Part shown: positions 22,449 through 33,991 of the stretch, one piece after another | Layout: each line of letters begins with the position of its first letter | Position numbering within the stretch: position 1 is the first letter of the stretch | From: Candidatus Gemmiger faecavium | GTDB taxonomy: Bacteria > Bacillota > Clostridia > Oscillospirales > Ruminococcaceae | Length of the DNA: 64,000 bases | Assembly (NCBI GenBank): GCA_019114415.1 | Contig: DXFO01000022.1 | Location: forward strand, 12,470 to 76,469 | Direction: 5' to 3' | Made by a program: the position numbers and the translations under genes | The notes under the pieces: model-generated | The model's database searches: none | What the model was told of the DNA's origin: nothing | The model's input: only the letters and a program-made list of their open reading frames with translations

Positions 22449-23132
22449 TCAGGCGCGTATCTTAAGCGGGCAAAAGGCAATCCCGTCGGCGGAAAGCAGG
22501 CGGTATTCGATGCCGTCATGGGTTCCCTGCACCGCATACCGCAGCGCCTTGCCGTGCAGGTGTCCGTACCAGCACCGGGTAACGCCAAAGTTTTGCAGTA
22601 CGTCCACGATCTCCTGTGCGCAGGCGCCGGGATAAACCGGAGGATAGTGCAGAAACGCCAGCTTGGGCAAATCCCCGGCCGCTTCCAGCGACATTTTCAG
22701 CCGCCCCGCTTCCCGGGCCATGACTTTGGCATCCTGGGCGGCGGTATCGTCAAAGGGCCAGCCTCGCGTCCCGCACAGCGCCACACCGTCCACAATGCAG
22801 GCGTTATTGTGCAGGATATGCAGTGAGGAAAAGCCGTTTTCCTGCAAAAAAGACTCCATCTTTTTGCGGGTGGTCCACCAATAATCGTGGTTGCCTTTCA
22901 AAAGCCATTTCTGCCCCGGAAGGCTTTCCAAAAAAGAGAAATCCGCTTTGGTGTCCTTCAGGTGCATTGCCCAGCTGGTATCTCCCACCAGAACCACCGT
23001 ATCTTCCGGGGCGATCAGCTTGCGCCAGTTGGCTTCCAGCTTAGGCAGGTAGCCCTGCCACCCCGGGAACACATCCATCGGCTTATCGGCCCCCAGAGAC
23101 AAGTGCAGGTCACCGATTGCAAAAATTGCCAT
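22449..23132 (-). CDS. Calcineurin-like metallophosphoesterase
   Basis: 'GDLHL', 'GDTSW', 'GNHDYWW', 'HYPP', 'GHLH'. Confidence 0.9.
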   Translation of the reverse strand: MAIFAIGDLHLSLGADKPMDVFPGWQGYLPKLEANWRKLIAPEDTVVLVGDTSWAMHLKDTKADFSFLESLPGQKWLLKGNHDYWWTTRKKMESFLQENGFSSLHILHNNACIVDGVALCGTRGWPFDDTAAQDAKVMAREAGRLKMSLEAAGDLPKLAFLHYPPVYPGACAQEIVDVLQNFGVTRCWYGHLHGKALRYAVQGTHDGIEYRLLSADGIAFCPLKIRA

Positions 23133-23142
23133 GTACCCTCCC

Positions 23143-23172
23143 GTATAGCCCGCGGCCTCCTGTGCCATACTA
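23143..23172 (+). promoter_or_regulatory. Putative sigma-G (forespore) promoter of the small Cys-rich ORF
   Basis: GTATA (23143-23147) -18 nt- CATACTA (23166-23172), matching the B. subtilis sigma-G consensus. Confidence 0.65.
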
Positions 23173-23197
23173 ACAGGCGAAAGGAGGTTGACAGACC

Positions 23198-23356
23198 ATG
23201 AATCACGATAACAACGTCATCAACGGCATCTGCTGCGACGTCGAGAACTGCGTCTACAACAACGGTTCCTGCTGCTGCACTGCCAAAGAGATCCACGTCA
23301 AGAACCGCAGCGCCGAGTCCGGCGAGACCATGTGCGAGACGTTCTCCGAAGTCTGA
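23198..23356 (+). CDS. 52-aa Cys-rich protein, DUF1540-like (not in ORF track)
   Basis: RBS aaggagg; MNHDNNVINGICCDVENCVYNNGSCCCTAKEIHVKNRSAESGETMCETFSEV*; C-x-V-x-N-C-x-Y-N...C-x-A-x-x-I-x-V...T-x-C-x-T-F pattern. Confidence 0.82.
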   Translation: MNHDNNVINGICCDVENCVYNNGSCCCTAKEIHVKNRSAESGETMCETFSEV

Positions 23357-23543
23357 CACCAGTCTTGTCCGAAAAAAGCCACTGAGCACAGCCGTGCGCT
23401 GAGGCTTTGAACAAAACGGCGGGCCATCCGGTATGCCCCACAAGAAAACACAGCCGCAAAACAGCGTCAAAACGCCCATTCAAGGGCCTGTGCTTTCTTG
23501 TCTCGGCACACCGTCCATGGTCCGCCGTTTTTTGTCGTTTTGA

Positions 23544-24992
23544 TCAGCGCAGGGCTGCGTCCCGGATCTGCGCCGGGGCAATGACCTCGGTAAAGCGGAC
23601 CGGCATTTCCCGCAGGCAGCTCAGCGCTGCGGGCGCGGCACAGCCGGTCTTTTCGGTCAGCATCCGCATGGCCTCAAAGTCGCTTTCCGGTGCCTCGCTC
23701 CCCAGGGCGTGCAGAACATCGCGGGGGAACTTGAACGGGCTTGCCGTGGACAGCACGACCATAGGCGCAGCGCTGCGGCAGGCTTCTGCCACGCAGAAGG
23801 CCACCGCCGTATGAGTGTCGCAGAGATAACCGTCGTGCTCAAACCGGTCACGGATCTGCTGTGCGCCCTGTGCATCATCGGCACAGCCGCAGGCAAAGCT
23901 TTCCTGAATACCCGCCAGCGTCTGTGCATCGACGGTATAATATCCCTGCTCGTTCAGGTCCTTCATCCAGGCGGCGACCTTCTCGGCGCTGCCGGATACA
24001 TGATACAGCAGGCGCTCCAGGTTGCTGGAGATCAGGATGTCCATGGACGGCGACGCCGTCTTGTGGAACTCACGGCGCGCATCATAGGTGCCGGTACGGA
24101 TGAAGTCTGTCAGCACGTTATTTTCATTGGATGCACAAACCAAACGGCCCACGGGCAGCCCCATGCGCTTGGCATAGTAACCGGCAAGGATATCGCCGAA
24201 GTTTCCGGTAGGAACACAGAAGTCCACCGGCTCGCCCCAGGCGACAGCGCCGTTCTCTGCCAGACGGAAGTAGGTATAGAAGTAGTAAACGATCTGCGGA
24301 ACCAGCCGTCCCCAGTTGATGGAGTTTGCGCTGGAAAGGCGGATGCCGCGCTGTTCAAGCGCTTCCGCCACCGACGTGTCGGCAAAAACTTTTTTCACAC
24401 CGGTCTGGGCGTCGTCAAAGTTTCCGTCCACCGCGTAAACATGGACGTTTTCTCCCTGCTGGGTCGCCATCTGCAGGCGCTGGATCTCACTGGTGCCGGC
24501 ATTGGGGTAAAAGACCGAAATCTCAATGCCCTCAAGCCCGGCATAGCCCGCCAAAGCCGCCTTGCCGGTATCCCCGGAAGTTGCTACCAGGATCCGGGTC
24601 GTCTCAGTGCGGCCCAGATTCTTTTTTCCCTGGAGCAGCAGCTTGGGCATCAGCTGAAGGGCGTAGTCCTTGAACGCGCAGGTGGGCCCGTGCCACAGTT
24701 CCAGCGAGTACATGCCGTCATGCACTTTCTCCACATGACCGGCTTTTCCCGCAAAGGCAGCACCATAAGTAGTCTCCGTTGCCTGCGACAGGAACACAGG
24801 GTCGTAGTCGGTCAGGAAAGAGCCGACCACCTTCTCGGCAAGCTGCGGGTAGGAAAGGTTCTTCCATGCCTGCAGATCCGCCTTAGGGAAGGACTGAGGA
24901 ACATACAGACCGCCGTCCGGAGCCAGTCCCCGAACAATTGCCTCGGACGCCGAGACGCCACATGCTCCACCGCGTGTGCTTTGATAATCCAT
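23544..24992 (-). CDS. thrC: Threonine synthase
   Basis: 'GLAPDGGLYVP', PLP lysine 'HGPTCAFKDYAL', 'VATSGDTG', 'NSINWGR', 'PTGNFGD'. Confidence 0.96.
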   Translation of the reverse strand: MDYQSTRGGACGVSASEAIVRGLAPDGGLYVPQSFPKADLQAWKNLSYPQLAEKVVGSFLTDYDPVFLSQATETTYGAAFAGKAGHVEKVHDGMYSLELWHGPTCAFKDYALQLMPKLLLQGKKNLGRTETTRILVATSGDTGKAALAGYAGLEGIEISVFYPNAGTSEIQRLQMATQQGENVHVYAVDGNFDDAQTGVKKVFADTSVAEALEQRGIRLSSANSINWGRLVPQIVYYFYTYFRLAENGAVAWGEPVDFCVPTGNFGDILAGYYAKRMGLPVGRLVCASNENNVLTDFIRTGTYDARREFHKTASPSMDILISSNLERLLYHVSGSAEKVAAWMKDLNEQGYYTVDAQTLAGIQESFACGCADDAQGAQQIRDRFEHDGYLCDTHTAVAFCVAEACRSAAPMVVLSTASPFKFPRDVLHALGSEAPESDFEAMRMLTEKTGCAAPAALSCLREMPVRFTEVIAPAQIRDAALR

Positions 24993-25035
24993 GCCTGAAC
25001 ACCCTCCATCTTTTTATTTTTTACTGCCATATCGG

Positions 25036-25389
25036 TCAACAGGAAAATGCATCGGGAATACAATGGATCTGCCATGCCCCGTTTTGCGGGAACACCTCGA
25101 CCACATCGAACCTTACCCGGGAATCGGAATAAGGGCTTTGCTGAAGATAATAGGCTGCGGCTGCGATCAGGCGACGCTGCTTATGCGGGCCGACTGCTTC
25201 CGCTGCAAGAATGGGACCTGTACGGCTGCGGGTTTTGACCTCGGCAAAGACGATGGTATCGTCCTTGTATAAAACCAGGTCCAACTCCCCCATCCGGGTC
25301 CGATAATTATGGTTCAGGAGCAGATATCCTTTCTGGATATAATATTTGGCGGCAATGGCCTCCCCCGTCTGCCCGAGAGTACGGCTCAT
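25036..25389 (-). CDS. YraN-family protein (UPF0102)
   Basis: 'GEAIAAKY', '[12 protein letters not shown]', 'FAEVKTR', 'RFDVVEV'; ATGA overlap with rnhB. Confidence 0.9.
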   Translation of the reverse strand: MSRTLGQTGEAIAAKYYIQKGYLLLNHNYRTRMGELDLVLYKDDTIVFAEVKTRSRTGPILAAEAVGPHKQRRLIAAAAYYLQQSPYSDSRVRFDVVEVFPQNGAWQIHCIPDAFSC

Positions 25390-26015
25390 TTCCAATACCC
25401 CTGCTTTTTCAAAAAGCTGCGGCGATAAAACGGCTGGATGCCGTACTGTTCAATCAGTTCGTAATGCAGCTTGGTGGGATAACCTTTATGCTTGGCAAGC
25501 TGGTACTGCGGGTATTGCCGATCCAGTTCCAGCATGTACCGGTCACGGCTGACCTTTGCCAGAATGGAAGCTGCGGCAATGGAAGCGCTGTTTGCATCCC
25601 CCTTGACCACCGTCTCCCCCGGTTGGGACACTGCGGGCGGATAGCGGTTTCCATCCACCAGCACGTAGGCCGGAGCCGGTTCCAGCCCGGCCACTGCCCG
25701 TGCCATGCCGTCCATGGTCGCCCAGAGAATATTTTTCTCGTCGATCTCTTCCGGCGGGACAAACACGACCTGCCATGCCAGGGCCTTTTCCGTGATTTCC
25801 TCATAGAGTTCTTCCCGGCGTTTGGCACTGAGTTTTTTGGAATCGTTGACCCCTTCCACGGGATTCTGCGGATCCAGGATCACCGCCGCGCAGCAGACAG
25901 GCCCGCACAGGGGGCCTCGTCCTGCCTCGTCCACACCGCACAGCAAGCCATGCCGTGTGCGGATCTCTTCGTCAAAGGCATAGAGGGCGGTGCTGTCAAT
26001 CTTCCTCGAGGCCAT
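25386..26015 (-). CDS. rnhB: Ribonuclease HII
   Basis: '[14 protein letters not shown]', 'NDSKKLS', 'LVDGN', '[14 protein letters not shown]'; start MASRK at 26015. Confidence 0.96.
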   Translation of the reverse strand: MASRKIDSTALYAFDEEIRTRHGLLCGVDEAGRGPLCGPVCCAAVILDPQNPVEGVNDSKKLSAKRREELYEEITEKALAWQVVFVPPEEIDEKNILWATMDGMARAVAGLEPAPAYVLVDGNRYPPAVSQPGETVVKGDANSASIAAASILAKVSRDRYMLELDRQYPQYQLAKHKGYPTKLHYELIEQYGIQPFYRRSFLKKQGYWK

Positions 26016-26922
26016 CGTCGTCCTCCTCATGTACGATCTGCGGCGGACGTTCCAGCGAGATGCGCCCCCATTTACTGGCACGGAACTCACCGACCAGCAT
26101 ACGGGCAGCCCGCTCGGAATCCACCTCGCCGCCGGAGACCAGCATTCCACGCTTTGCACCGATGGCCAGCAACAGGTCATAGGGCGGCAGTTCCAGCACT
26201 TCGGCATCCAGTTTGTATCGTTCCAGCAAACGCTGAGGATAAATGCCCCGCACACTGCTCAAAAGACCGCAGGCCAGTTCCTCAATATCCAGAATATCAT
26301 CCCGGATGGAACCGATAAACGCCAGATTCGTCGCCGTCTCCAGCGTATCGAATTTCTTCCAAAGCACGCCCGGCATGTCCATCAGATCAAATTCATCCAC
26401 CGTGATCCACTGTTTGCCGCGGGTGACGCCGGGCTTATTTGCGGCCTTGGCACGGGCTTCCCCCGCAAAGGAATTGATAAAAGTGGATTTTCCCACATTG
26501 GGAATGCCGACGACCATTACCCGGGTCCGTGCACCGGTCATGCCGCGGTTGCGACGGCGCTCCAAAAGGGCAGAAAGTTCCGCAATGATGGGCTTCTTCA
26601 CCGCATTTGCCGATTTTTTCTGCCGCGCATCCATGGCGATGCATCCTGCATCGGCAGCCTTGAAATATTCCAGCCACTGTTTCGTGATATCCGGATCGGC
26701 CAGGTCGGCCTTGTTCAGCACATACAAATGCGGTTTGCCGCCGGTAATGCGCTCAATCTCCGGGTTCAGGCTGGAAAGCGGAATCCGCGCATCCAGAATC
26801 TGCAGCACGCAGTCAACGTTACGGATCTCCTTTTCCATCATGCGCAGCGTCTTTGTCATGTGACCAGGAAACCACTGGATCACACGGCGGTTAACGCCCG
26901 ACATATCGTTCATCGCTTTCAC
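25996..26922 (-). CDS. rbgA: Ribosome biogenesis GTPase RbgA/YlqF
   Basis: 'IQWFPGHM', 'LNKADL', 'GIPNVGKST', 'PGVTRGKQW', 'DMPG'. Confidence 0.95.
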   Translation of the reverse strand: MKAMNDMSGVNRRVIQWFPGHMTKTLRMMEKEIRNVDCVLQILDARIPLSSLNPEIERITGGKPHLYVLNKADLADPDITKQWLEYFKAADAGCIAMDARQKKSANAVKKPIIAELSALLERRRNRGMTGARTRVMVVGIPNVGKSTFINSFAGEARAKAANKPGVTRGKQWITVDEFDLMDMPGVLWKKFDTLETATNLAFIGSIRDDILDIEELACGLLSSVRGIYPQRLLERYKLDAEVLELPPYDLLLAIGAKRGMLVSGGEVDSERAARMLVGEFRASKWGRISLERPPQIVHEEDDDGLEED

Positions 26923-26990
26923 GCTCCTTTCCGCGCGGATTTTTTCACATCCGCGGCGTTTCCCCTCTATGTTTTTACGGCTTTATCTTG

Positions 26991-27524
26991 TCATCCGATC
27001 AGACCGAATTTATTAAACGGCGTCAGGCGCAAAACCGCCTGTCCCAAAACATCTCCCTCGGACACACATCCGATCTCAGGAGAGCGGCTGTCCTTGGAGT
27101 CGTTGCGGTTATCTCCCATGATAAACAGCATCCCTTCCGGGACGGTAATGGGGAATGTGGCGCCCTCCGACAGGTAGGTCTTGTCTGCCGTATACGGTTC
27201 CTCCAAAGCCTCGCCGTTGCGGTAAACGATGCCCTGTTCAAAGTCGATATCGATCACGTCGCCGCTTTTTCCGATCACACGCTTGATGAGCAGTTTGCCG
27301 TAATCGGTATAGCTGTCGATCACCACTACATCGCCGTATTCCGGTTCATAGGGCAGGCTGGACAGAAGAAGCCGTTCCCCATCCACCAAGCCGGGGTTCA
27401 TGGAGGAGCCATCCACCTGGACGACACGAACACCGAATGTAAACACCAGTGCCAGGACCACAACGGCAAAAATGATGGAATCGACCCATTCCAGCAAGCC
27501 ACGGTTGGCCTTCATTCGTTCCAC
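26991..27524 (-). CDS. lepB: Signal peptidase I
   Basis: N-terminal TM, Ser box 'VDGSSMNPGL', Lys 'LIKRVIG', 'MGDNRNDSKDSR'; GTG start with RBS aggagggg. Confidence 0.93.
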   Translation of the reverse strand: MERMKANRGLLEWVDSIIFAVVVLALVFTFGVRVVQVDGSSMNPGLVDGERLLLSSLPYEPEYGDVVVIDSYTDYGKLLIKRVIGKSGDVIDIDFEQGIVYRNGEALEEPYTADKTYLSEGATFPITVPEGMLFIMGDNRNDSKDSRSPEIGCVSEGDVLGQAVLRLTPFNKFGLIG

Positions 27525-27629
27525 GGCAGTTCCCCTCCTTATACCGCAAATCGGCAGCATACAGTTACAGATAATAGATAATAAAAGAAAAAGGGAGAAC
27601 GAACAGACGTCCTCCCCTTCTTCTTGTCG

Positions 27630-27971
27630 TCAGATACGAGCCTTAACCTTGGCAGCCTTGCCGGTGCGCTCACGCAGGTAGAAGAGCTTCGCACGACGGA
27701 CCTTGCCGCGGCGAACGACCTCGACCTTCTCGACGAACGGGCTGTTGACCGGGAACACACGCTCCACGCCGACACCGTAGGAAGTACGGCGAACGGTAAA
27801 GGTCTCAGCGATGCCGCCATGCTTCTTGGCAATGACGGTGCCCTCGAAAGCCTGGATACGCTCCTTGTCGCCTTCCTTGATGCGGACGGAGACGCGAACG
27901 GTATCGCCGATTTCGAACTTAGGCTGATTCTCTTTGATCATGCCCTCGGTAAGAGTCTTGAATGCGTCCAT
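27630..27971 (-). CDS. rplS: 50S ribosomal protein L19
   Basis: '[23 protein letters not shown]', '[10 protein letters not shown]', '[12 protein letters not shown]'. Confidence 0.98.
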   Translation of the reverse strand: MDAFKTLTEGMIKENQPKFEIGDTVRVSVRIKEGDKERIQAFEGTVIAKKHGGIAETFTVRRTSYGVGVERVFPVNSPFVEKVEVVRRGKVRRAKLFYLRERTGKAAKVKARI

Positions 27972-27990
27972 GAATGTTCCTCCATTTTTT

Positions 27991-28027
27991 GCGACGTTCA
28001 TACCCGAAAAATCGGCAGAGGACCGCC
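27991..28027 (-). promoter_or_regulatory. Putative L19 autoregulatory leader RNA
   Basis: GCGGUCCUCUG-[CCGA/UCGG stem]-AUGAACGUCGC just before the rplS RBS, resembling the Firmicutes L19 leader; promoter TTGCAA-17-TATTAT at 28112-28084. Confidence 0.55.
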
Positions 28028-28125
28028 TGTTTAATGATTTGTCATTATCCCGCCGGTGGTGCCGGCGGCGCTAACGCTAAAATATAATATCACAACGCAG
28101 CCTATTTTGCAAGAACTTTTTGTCC

Positions 28126-29397
28126 TTACAGCTTAAGTTTTTTATAAAACGGAGTGATATCCAGGGTAGCAAAGTAGTCTGCCGGGGTCTCGGCGCGGCG
28201 GATCAGTTTATGGCTGCCGTCCTCGCACAGAAGGACTTCCGCGCTGCGGAGCTTGCCGTTATAGTTGTAACCCATGGAAAAACCGTGAGCGCCGGTGTCA
28301 TGGATGACCAGGATGTCGCCCTTGTCAATTTTGGGCAGCATACGGTCAATGGCAAACTTGTCGTTATTCTCACACAGGCCGCCCGTGACATCGTACTTGT
28401 GATCGCAGGGAGCATCCTCCTTACCAAGCACCGTGATATGGTGGTAGCTGCCGTACATGGCGGGGCGCATCAGGTTTGCGGCGCAGGCATCCACGCCGAT
28501 GTATTCCTTGTAGATGTGCTTTTCATGGATGGCTTCGGTGACAAGGCAGCCGTAAGGAGCCAGCATAAAACGGCCCATCTCGGTAAAGATGGCCACGTCG
28601 CCCATGCCCGCCGGAACGAGGATCTCCTCAAACTTTTTCCGCACACCCTCGCCGATGGCCATAATATCGTTGTTCCGCTGCTCCGGACGGTAGGCAATGC
28701 CCACGCCACCGGACAGGTTGATATAGCGGATGTTTGCACCGGTACGCTTGTGCAGGCGGACAGCCAGTTCGAACAGGATACCGGCCAGTTCCGGATAGTA
28801 GTCATCCGTGACAGTGTTGCTGGCCAGGAACGCATGGATGCCGAAATTCTCAGCGCCAAGGGCCATCAGGCGGGTATAGGCTTCCGCCATCTGGTTCTCG
28901 CTCATGCCGTATTTTGCGTCGCCGGGGTTGTCCATGATGCCGTTACCCAGGTCAAAGGTTCCGCCGGGATTGTAGCGGCAAAATACGGTTTTGGGAATAC
29001 CGGCCGTTTTCTGGAGGAAATCCACATGGGTCAAGTCGTCCAGATTGATGTAGGATTCCAGCTCGTAGGCCTTTTTCATATCCTCCGCAGGCGTATCGTT
29101 GGAGGAAAACATGATATCGCTGCCGTGGAAGCCGCAGGCCTCGGCCAGCAGCAGCTCGGTATAGCTGGAGCAATCAACGCCGCAGCCCTCTTCCTGCAGG
29201 ATCTGCAGAAGATACGGGTTGGGCGTGGCTTTTACGGCAAAGTACTCCTTAAAGCCTTTGTTCCAGGCAAAGGCCTGGTTGACGCGGCGGGCATTTTCCC
29301 GGATTCCTTTTTCGTCGTACAGGTGAAACGGCGTAGGCACATCCGCAATGATATCCTGCGCCTGATCCAGCGTGATAAACGGTTTCTTGTTTGACAT
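28126..29397 (-). CDS. lysA: Diaminopimelate decarboxylase
   Basis: PLP lysine 'YFAVKATPN', 'DAKYG', 'NLSGG', 'EMGRFM', 'GGLCENND', 'GAHGFSMGYNYN'. Confidence 0.93.
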   Translation of the reverse strand: MSNKKPFITLDQAQDIIADVPTPFHLYDEKGIRENARRVNQAFAWNKGFKEYFAVKATPNPYLLQILQEEGCGVDCSSYTELLLAEACGFHGSDIMFSSNDTPAEDMKKAYELESYINLDDLTHVDFLQKTAGIPKTVFCRYNPGGTFDLGNGIMDNPGDAKYGMSENQMAEAYTRLMALGAENFGIHAFLASNTVTDDYYPELAGILFELAVRLHKRTGANIRYINLSGGVGIAYRPEQRNNDIMAIGEGVRKKFEEILVPAGMGDVAIFTEMGRFMLAPYGCLVTEAIHEKHIYKEYIGVDACAANLMRPAMYGSYHHITVLGKEDAPCDHKYDVTGGLCENNDKFAIDRMLPKIDKGDILVIHDTGAHGFSMGYNYNGKLRSAEVLLCEDGSHKLIRRAETPADYFATLDITPFYKKLKL

Positions 29398-29461
29398 ACT
29401 TCCTCTTCCCCTCATTGCTCCGCAGAACGAGAGATCTTCCTCCCTGCGGATATGATACATC

Positions 29462-29490
29462 ATTATACGGCTTTTCACTGCACACGGCAA
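29462..29490 (-). promoter_or_regulatory. Sigma-A promoter of lysA
   Basis: TTGCCG -17 nt- TATAAT. Confidence 0.7.
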
Positions 29491-29493
29491 GCG

Positions 29494-31584
<2,091 letters not shown>

Positions 31585-32232
31585 CTAAGCGTCACCCTGG
31601 GAGTAGTATTCCGGTGTTGTGCCATCCATCACCAGGTACGCCACCGGGACCGTATCGTTCACATACAAAAGATGGGTGTCGCCGTCCAGGATCATGTTGA
31701 TCGCAGTGGTAAGCGTCAGGTCAATGGAGTATTCCACCTTATTGATTTCGATCTGCCGGACGCTTTCCCGAATCTCCCCATCCACGTATCCGCGGGGCTG
31801 AATGCACAAGCTCCAGCTCGGTCCCCGGTCATTGAGAAGCGCACTGTCCAGCAGGCTTCCCCATGGAATCTCCAGCTCTGTTTCGGGCAGTTGCTGCAGT
31901 GCCTGCGTCGCCGCGTCGATGAGATATGCCCTGGCCCGGTTCAGGGCGACGGAGTCCGCCTCCACAGAAAGCATGTCACCATCCTGTCCATAGGTAATGG
32001 TATACAGGTCCTCATATCTCTCCGGATGTTCTTCCATTTCCCGGGCAATCGCCGTATTTATGGCCTCCACCGTTGCGGCTCGGCTTTCATATTCGGCCAG
32101 TTCCTGCAAAGCCGGCTGTATCCGGGCGTCCAGTGCCGTCCCTGCATACCATAAAATCACCGCAACCAGCAAAACGCCCACTACGCGCAGCCGCTTTTTC
32201 AGGCGCGGCATTGTCGGGGTCGCCCTGCGCAT
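31585..32232 (-). CDS. yunB: Sporulation protein YunB
   Basis: N-terminal TM; 'AINTAI', 'EIPWGSLL...GP', 'PRGYV', 'EIN'. Confidence 0.78.
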   Translation of the reverse strand: MRRATPTMPRLKKRLRVVGVLLVAVILWYAGTALDARIQPALQELAEYESRAATVEAINTAIAREMEEHPERYEDLYTITYGQDGDMLSVEADSVALNRARAYLIDAATQALQQLPETELEIPWGSLLDSALLNDRGPSWSLCIQPRGYVDGEIRESVRQIEINKVEYSIDLTLTTAINMILDGDTHLLYVNDTVPVAYLVMDGTTPEYYSQGDA

Positions 32233-32312
32233 CCTCCTCCCCCCTTTCGGAAAACTGTCGTGCTTTCCATGCTATGCCGCTTTTTTGCCCCTGGTTCCCC
32301 GCAAATGCACAG

Positions 32313-32350
32313 CAAGCGGAGACTTTGACACATTTCAAAGTCTCCGCTTG
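32313..32350. terminator. 16-bp perfect hairpin downstream of the second ABC operon
   Basis: caagcggagactttga-cacatt-tcaaagtctccgcttg. Confidence 0.7.
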
Positions 32351-32413
32351 TTTCAAAGCATATTGTTCAGAGCAGCCCCGTACGGGCTGCCCGTCAGGCA
32401 CAGGAACGCCTGA

Positions 32414-33196
32414 TCATGTATTGTAATGAGCCAGGAAACGGCGGGTACGTTCCTCCCGGGGATGGTCGATGACCTGATAGGCAGGGCCTTCTTCCACCAC
32501 CACACCGCCGTCCATAAACAGAATACGGTCCGCCACATCACGGGCAAAGGCCATTTCGTGCGTCACGATGATCATAGTCGTCTTTTTGGCCGCCAGTTCC
32601 CGCAGAACACGCAGCACCTCGCCCGTCAGTTCGGGGTCAAGGGCGCTGGTAGGCTCGTCAAAACAGAGAATATCCGGCTCCAGTGCAAGGGCGCGTGCAA
32701 TCGCCACGCGCTGCTGCTGACCGCCCGAAAGCTGATGGGGGTAGTGTCCCGCACGATCGCTCAGCCCCATCTGCTCCAGAAGGCCGCGGGCCTTGCTCTC
32801 CAGCTCATCGTGGATCTTGCGGCGGTTTGCCTTGTAATCCGGCCGTTCTTTCGCCAGCAGCTCCCCGGCCAGCATCACGTTTTCCAACGCGGTATACTGG
32901 GGGAACAGATTGAAGTTCTGAAACACCAGTCCAAAGTGCAGACGCTTTTTACGCTTTTCGCTTTCCTTGTGGGTCTGCGGGTCCGCAGCATCCCACAGGG
33001 TCTTACCGTCGACCACAATGCGTCCGGTGTCGGGTGTTTCCAGAAAATTCAGGCAGCGTAGAAGCGTCGTCTTTCCCGAACCGGAGGAGCCGATGATCGC
33101 CAGCGCCTCGCCTTTTTCCAGGGACAGAGAGATATCTTTCAGCACATGGGTGCTGCCAAAATTTTTACCGATACCGGTAGCTTCCAGCAAAGCCAT
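32414..33196 (-). CDS. Polar amino-acid ABC transporter ATP-binding protein
   Basis: [35 protein letters not shown]. Confidence 0.95.
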   Translation of the reverse strand: MALLEATGIGKNFGSTHVLKDISLSLEKGEALAIIGSSGSGKTTLLRCLNFLETPDTGRIVVDGKTLWDAADPQTHKESEKRKKRLHFGLVFQNFNLFPQYTALENVMLAGELLAKERPDYKANRRKIHDELESKARGLLEQMGLSDRAGHYPHQLSGGQQQRVAIARALALEPDILCFDEPTSALDPELTGEVLRVLRELAAKKTTMIIVTHEMAFARDVADRILFMDGGVVVEEGPAYQVIDHPREERTRRFLAHYNT

Positions 33197-33209
33197 ATCT
33201 CTGCCCTCC

Positions 33210-33869
33210 TTACTTAAAGTAGTCCAGTTTCTTTTCCAGTGCGCCGAACACCAGTGTCAGCACACCGACAAAGACCAGGAAAAAGATTGCCGTCGAGAAC
33301 AGCGGCCAGATCAGTCCCTTGGCGCTGTATTCCTTGGCCATCATGATGATTTCCTTATTGGAGATCACGTTGGCCAGCGCCGTGTCTTTTACGAGGGTGA
33401 TGACCTCGTTGCCCATCGGGGGCAAGATCCGCTTGATGACCTGCAAAAGCGTCACCCGGAAGAAGATCTGCGGCCGGGTCATGCCCAAAACCTGCCCGGC
33501 TTCTGTCTGGCCTTTGGGGACCGCCTCGATGCCGCCGCGGTAGATCTCCGAGAAATAGCAGGCATAGTTGATGACAAAGGCCACCACCGCCGCCCACAAA
33601 CGGCCAAAACTGCCCGAAGGCCACGGCGTCCCCCAGCCCATCAGGCCGGGGCCGAGATAAATGACAATAATCTGCAACATCAGCGGCGTACCGCGGATGA
33701 CCCAGACAAACGTGCGCACCACGCCGCGCAGCGGTGCAAAGCGGCTCATGGAACCAAATGCCACCACCAGGCCCAGCGGCAGCGCAAAAGCCAGCGTCAA
33801 AAGGAAAAGCTGGGTATTCAGCCAGAAGCTTTCCGTCAGGCGGCCCCATATCACCAATGCTTCACTCAT
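33210..33869 (-). CDS. Polar amino-acid ABC transporter permease
   Basis: 'IRGTPLMLQ', 'YFSEIYRGGIEAVPKGQTEAG', 'NEVITLVKDT'. Confidence 0.93.
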   Translation of the reverse strand: MSEALVIWGRLTESFWLNTQLFLLTLAFALPLGLVVAFGSMSRFAPLRGVVRTFVWVIRGTPLMLQIIVIYLGPGLMGWGTPWPSGSFGRLWAAVVAFVINYACYFSEIYRGGIEAVPKGQTEAGQVLGMTRPQIFFRVTLLQVIKRILPPMGNEVITLVKDTALANVISNKEIIMMAKEYSAKGLIWPLFSTAIFFLVFVGVLTLVFGALEKKLDYFK

Positions 33870-33991
33870 TTTTTCCACTTCCCCACTCCGGACGGCCATC
33901 GCCAAAGCTATGCCCCGGTATGTCTCAAATATACAAAGGGGCCTGCGCACAACCGGCATTGCCGCCGTGCGCAGGGCCTGTTGGATACGGT

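Noticed and set aside
29398-29461. Possible lysine riboswitch upstream of lysA
   Set aside because: The leader is only ~60 nt (promoter at 29490-29462) with one hairpin, far shorter than an L-box
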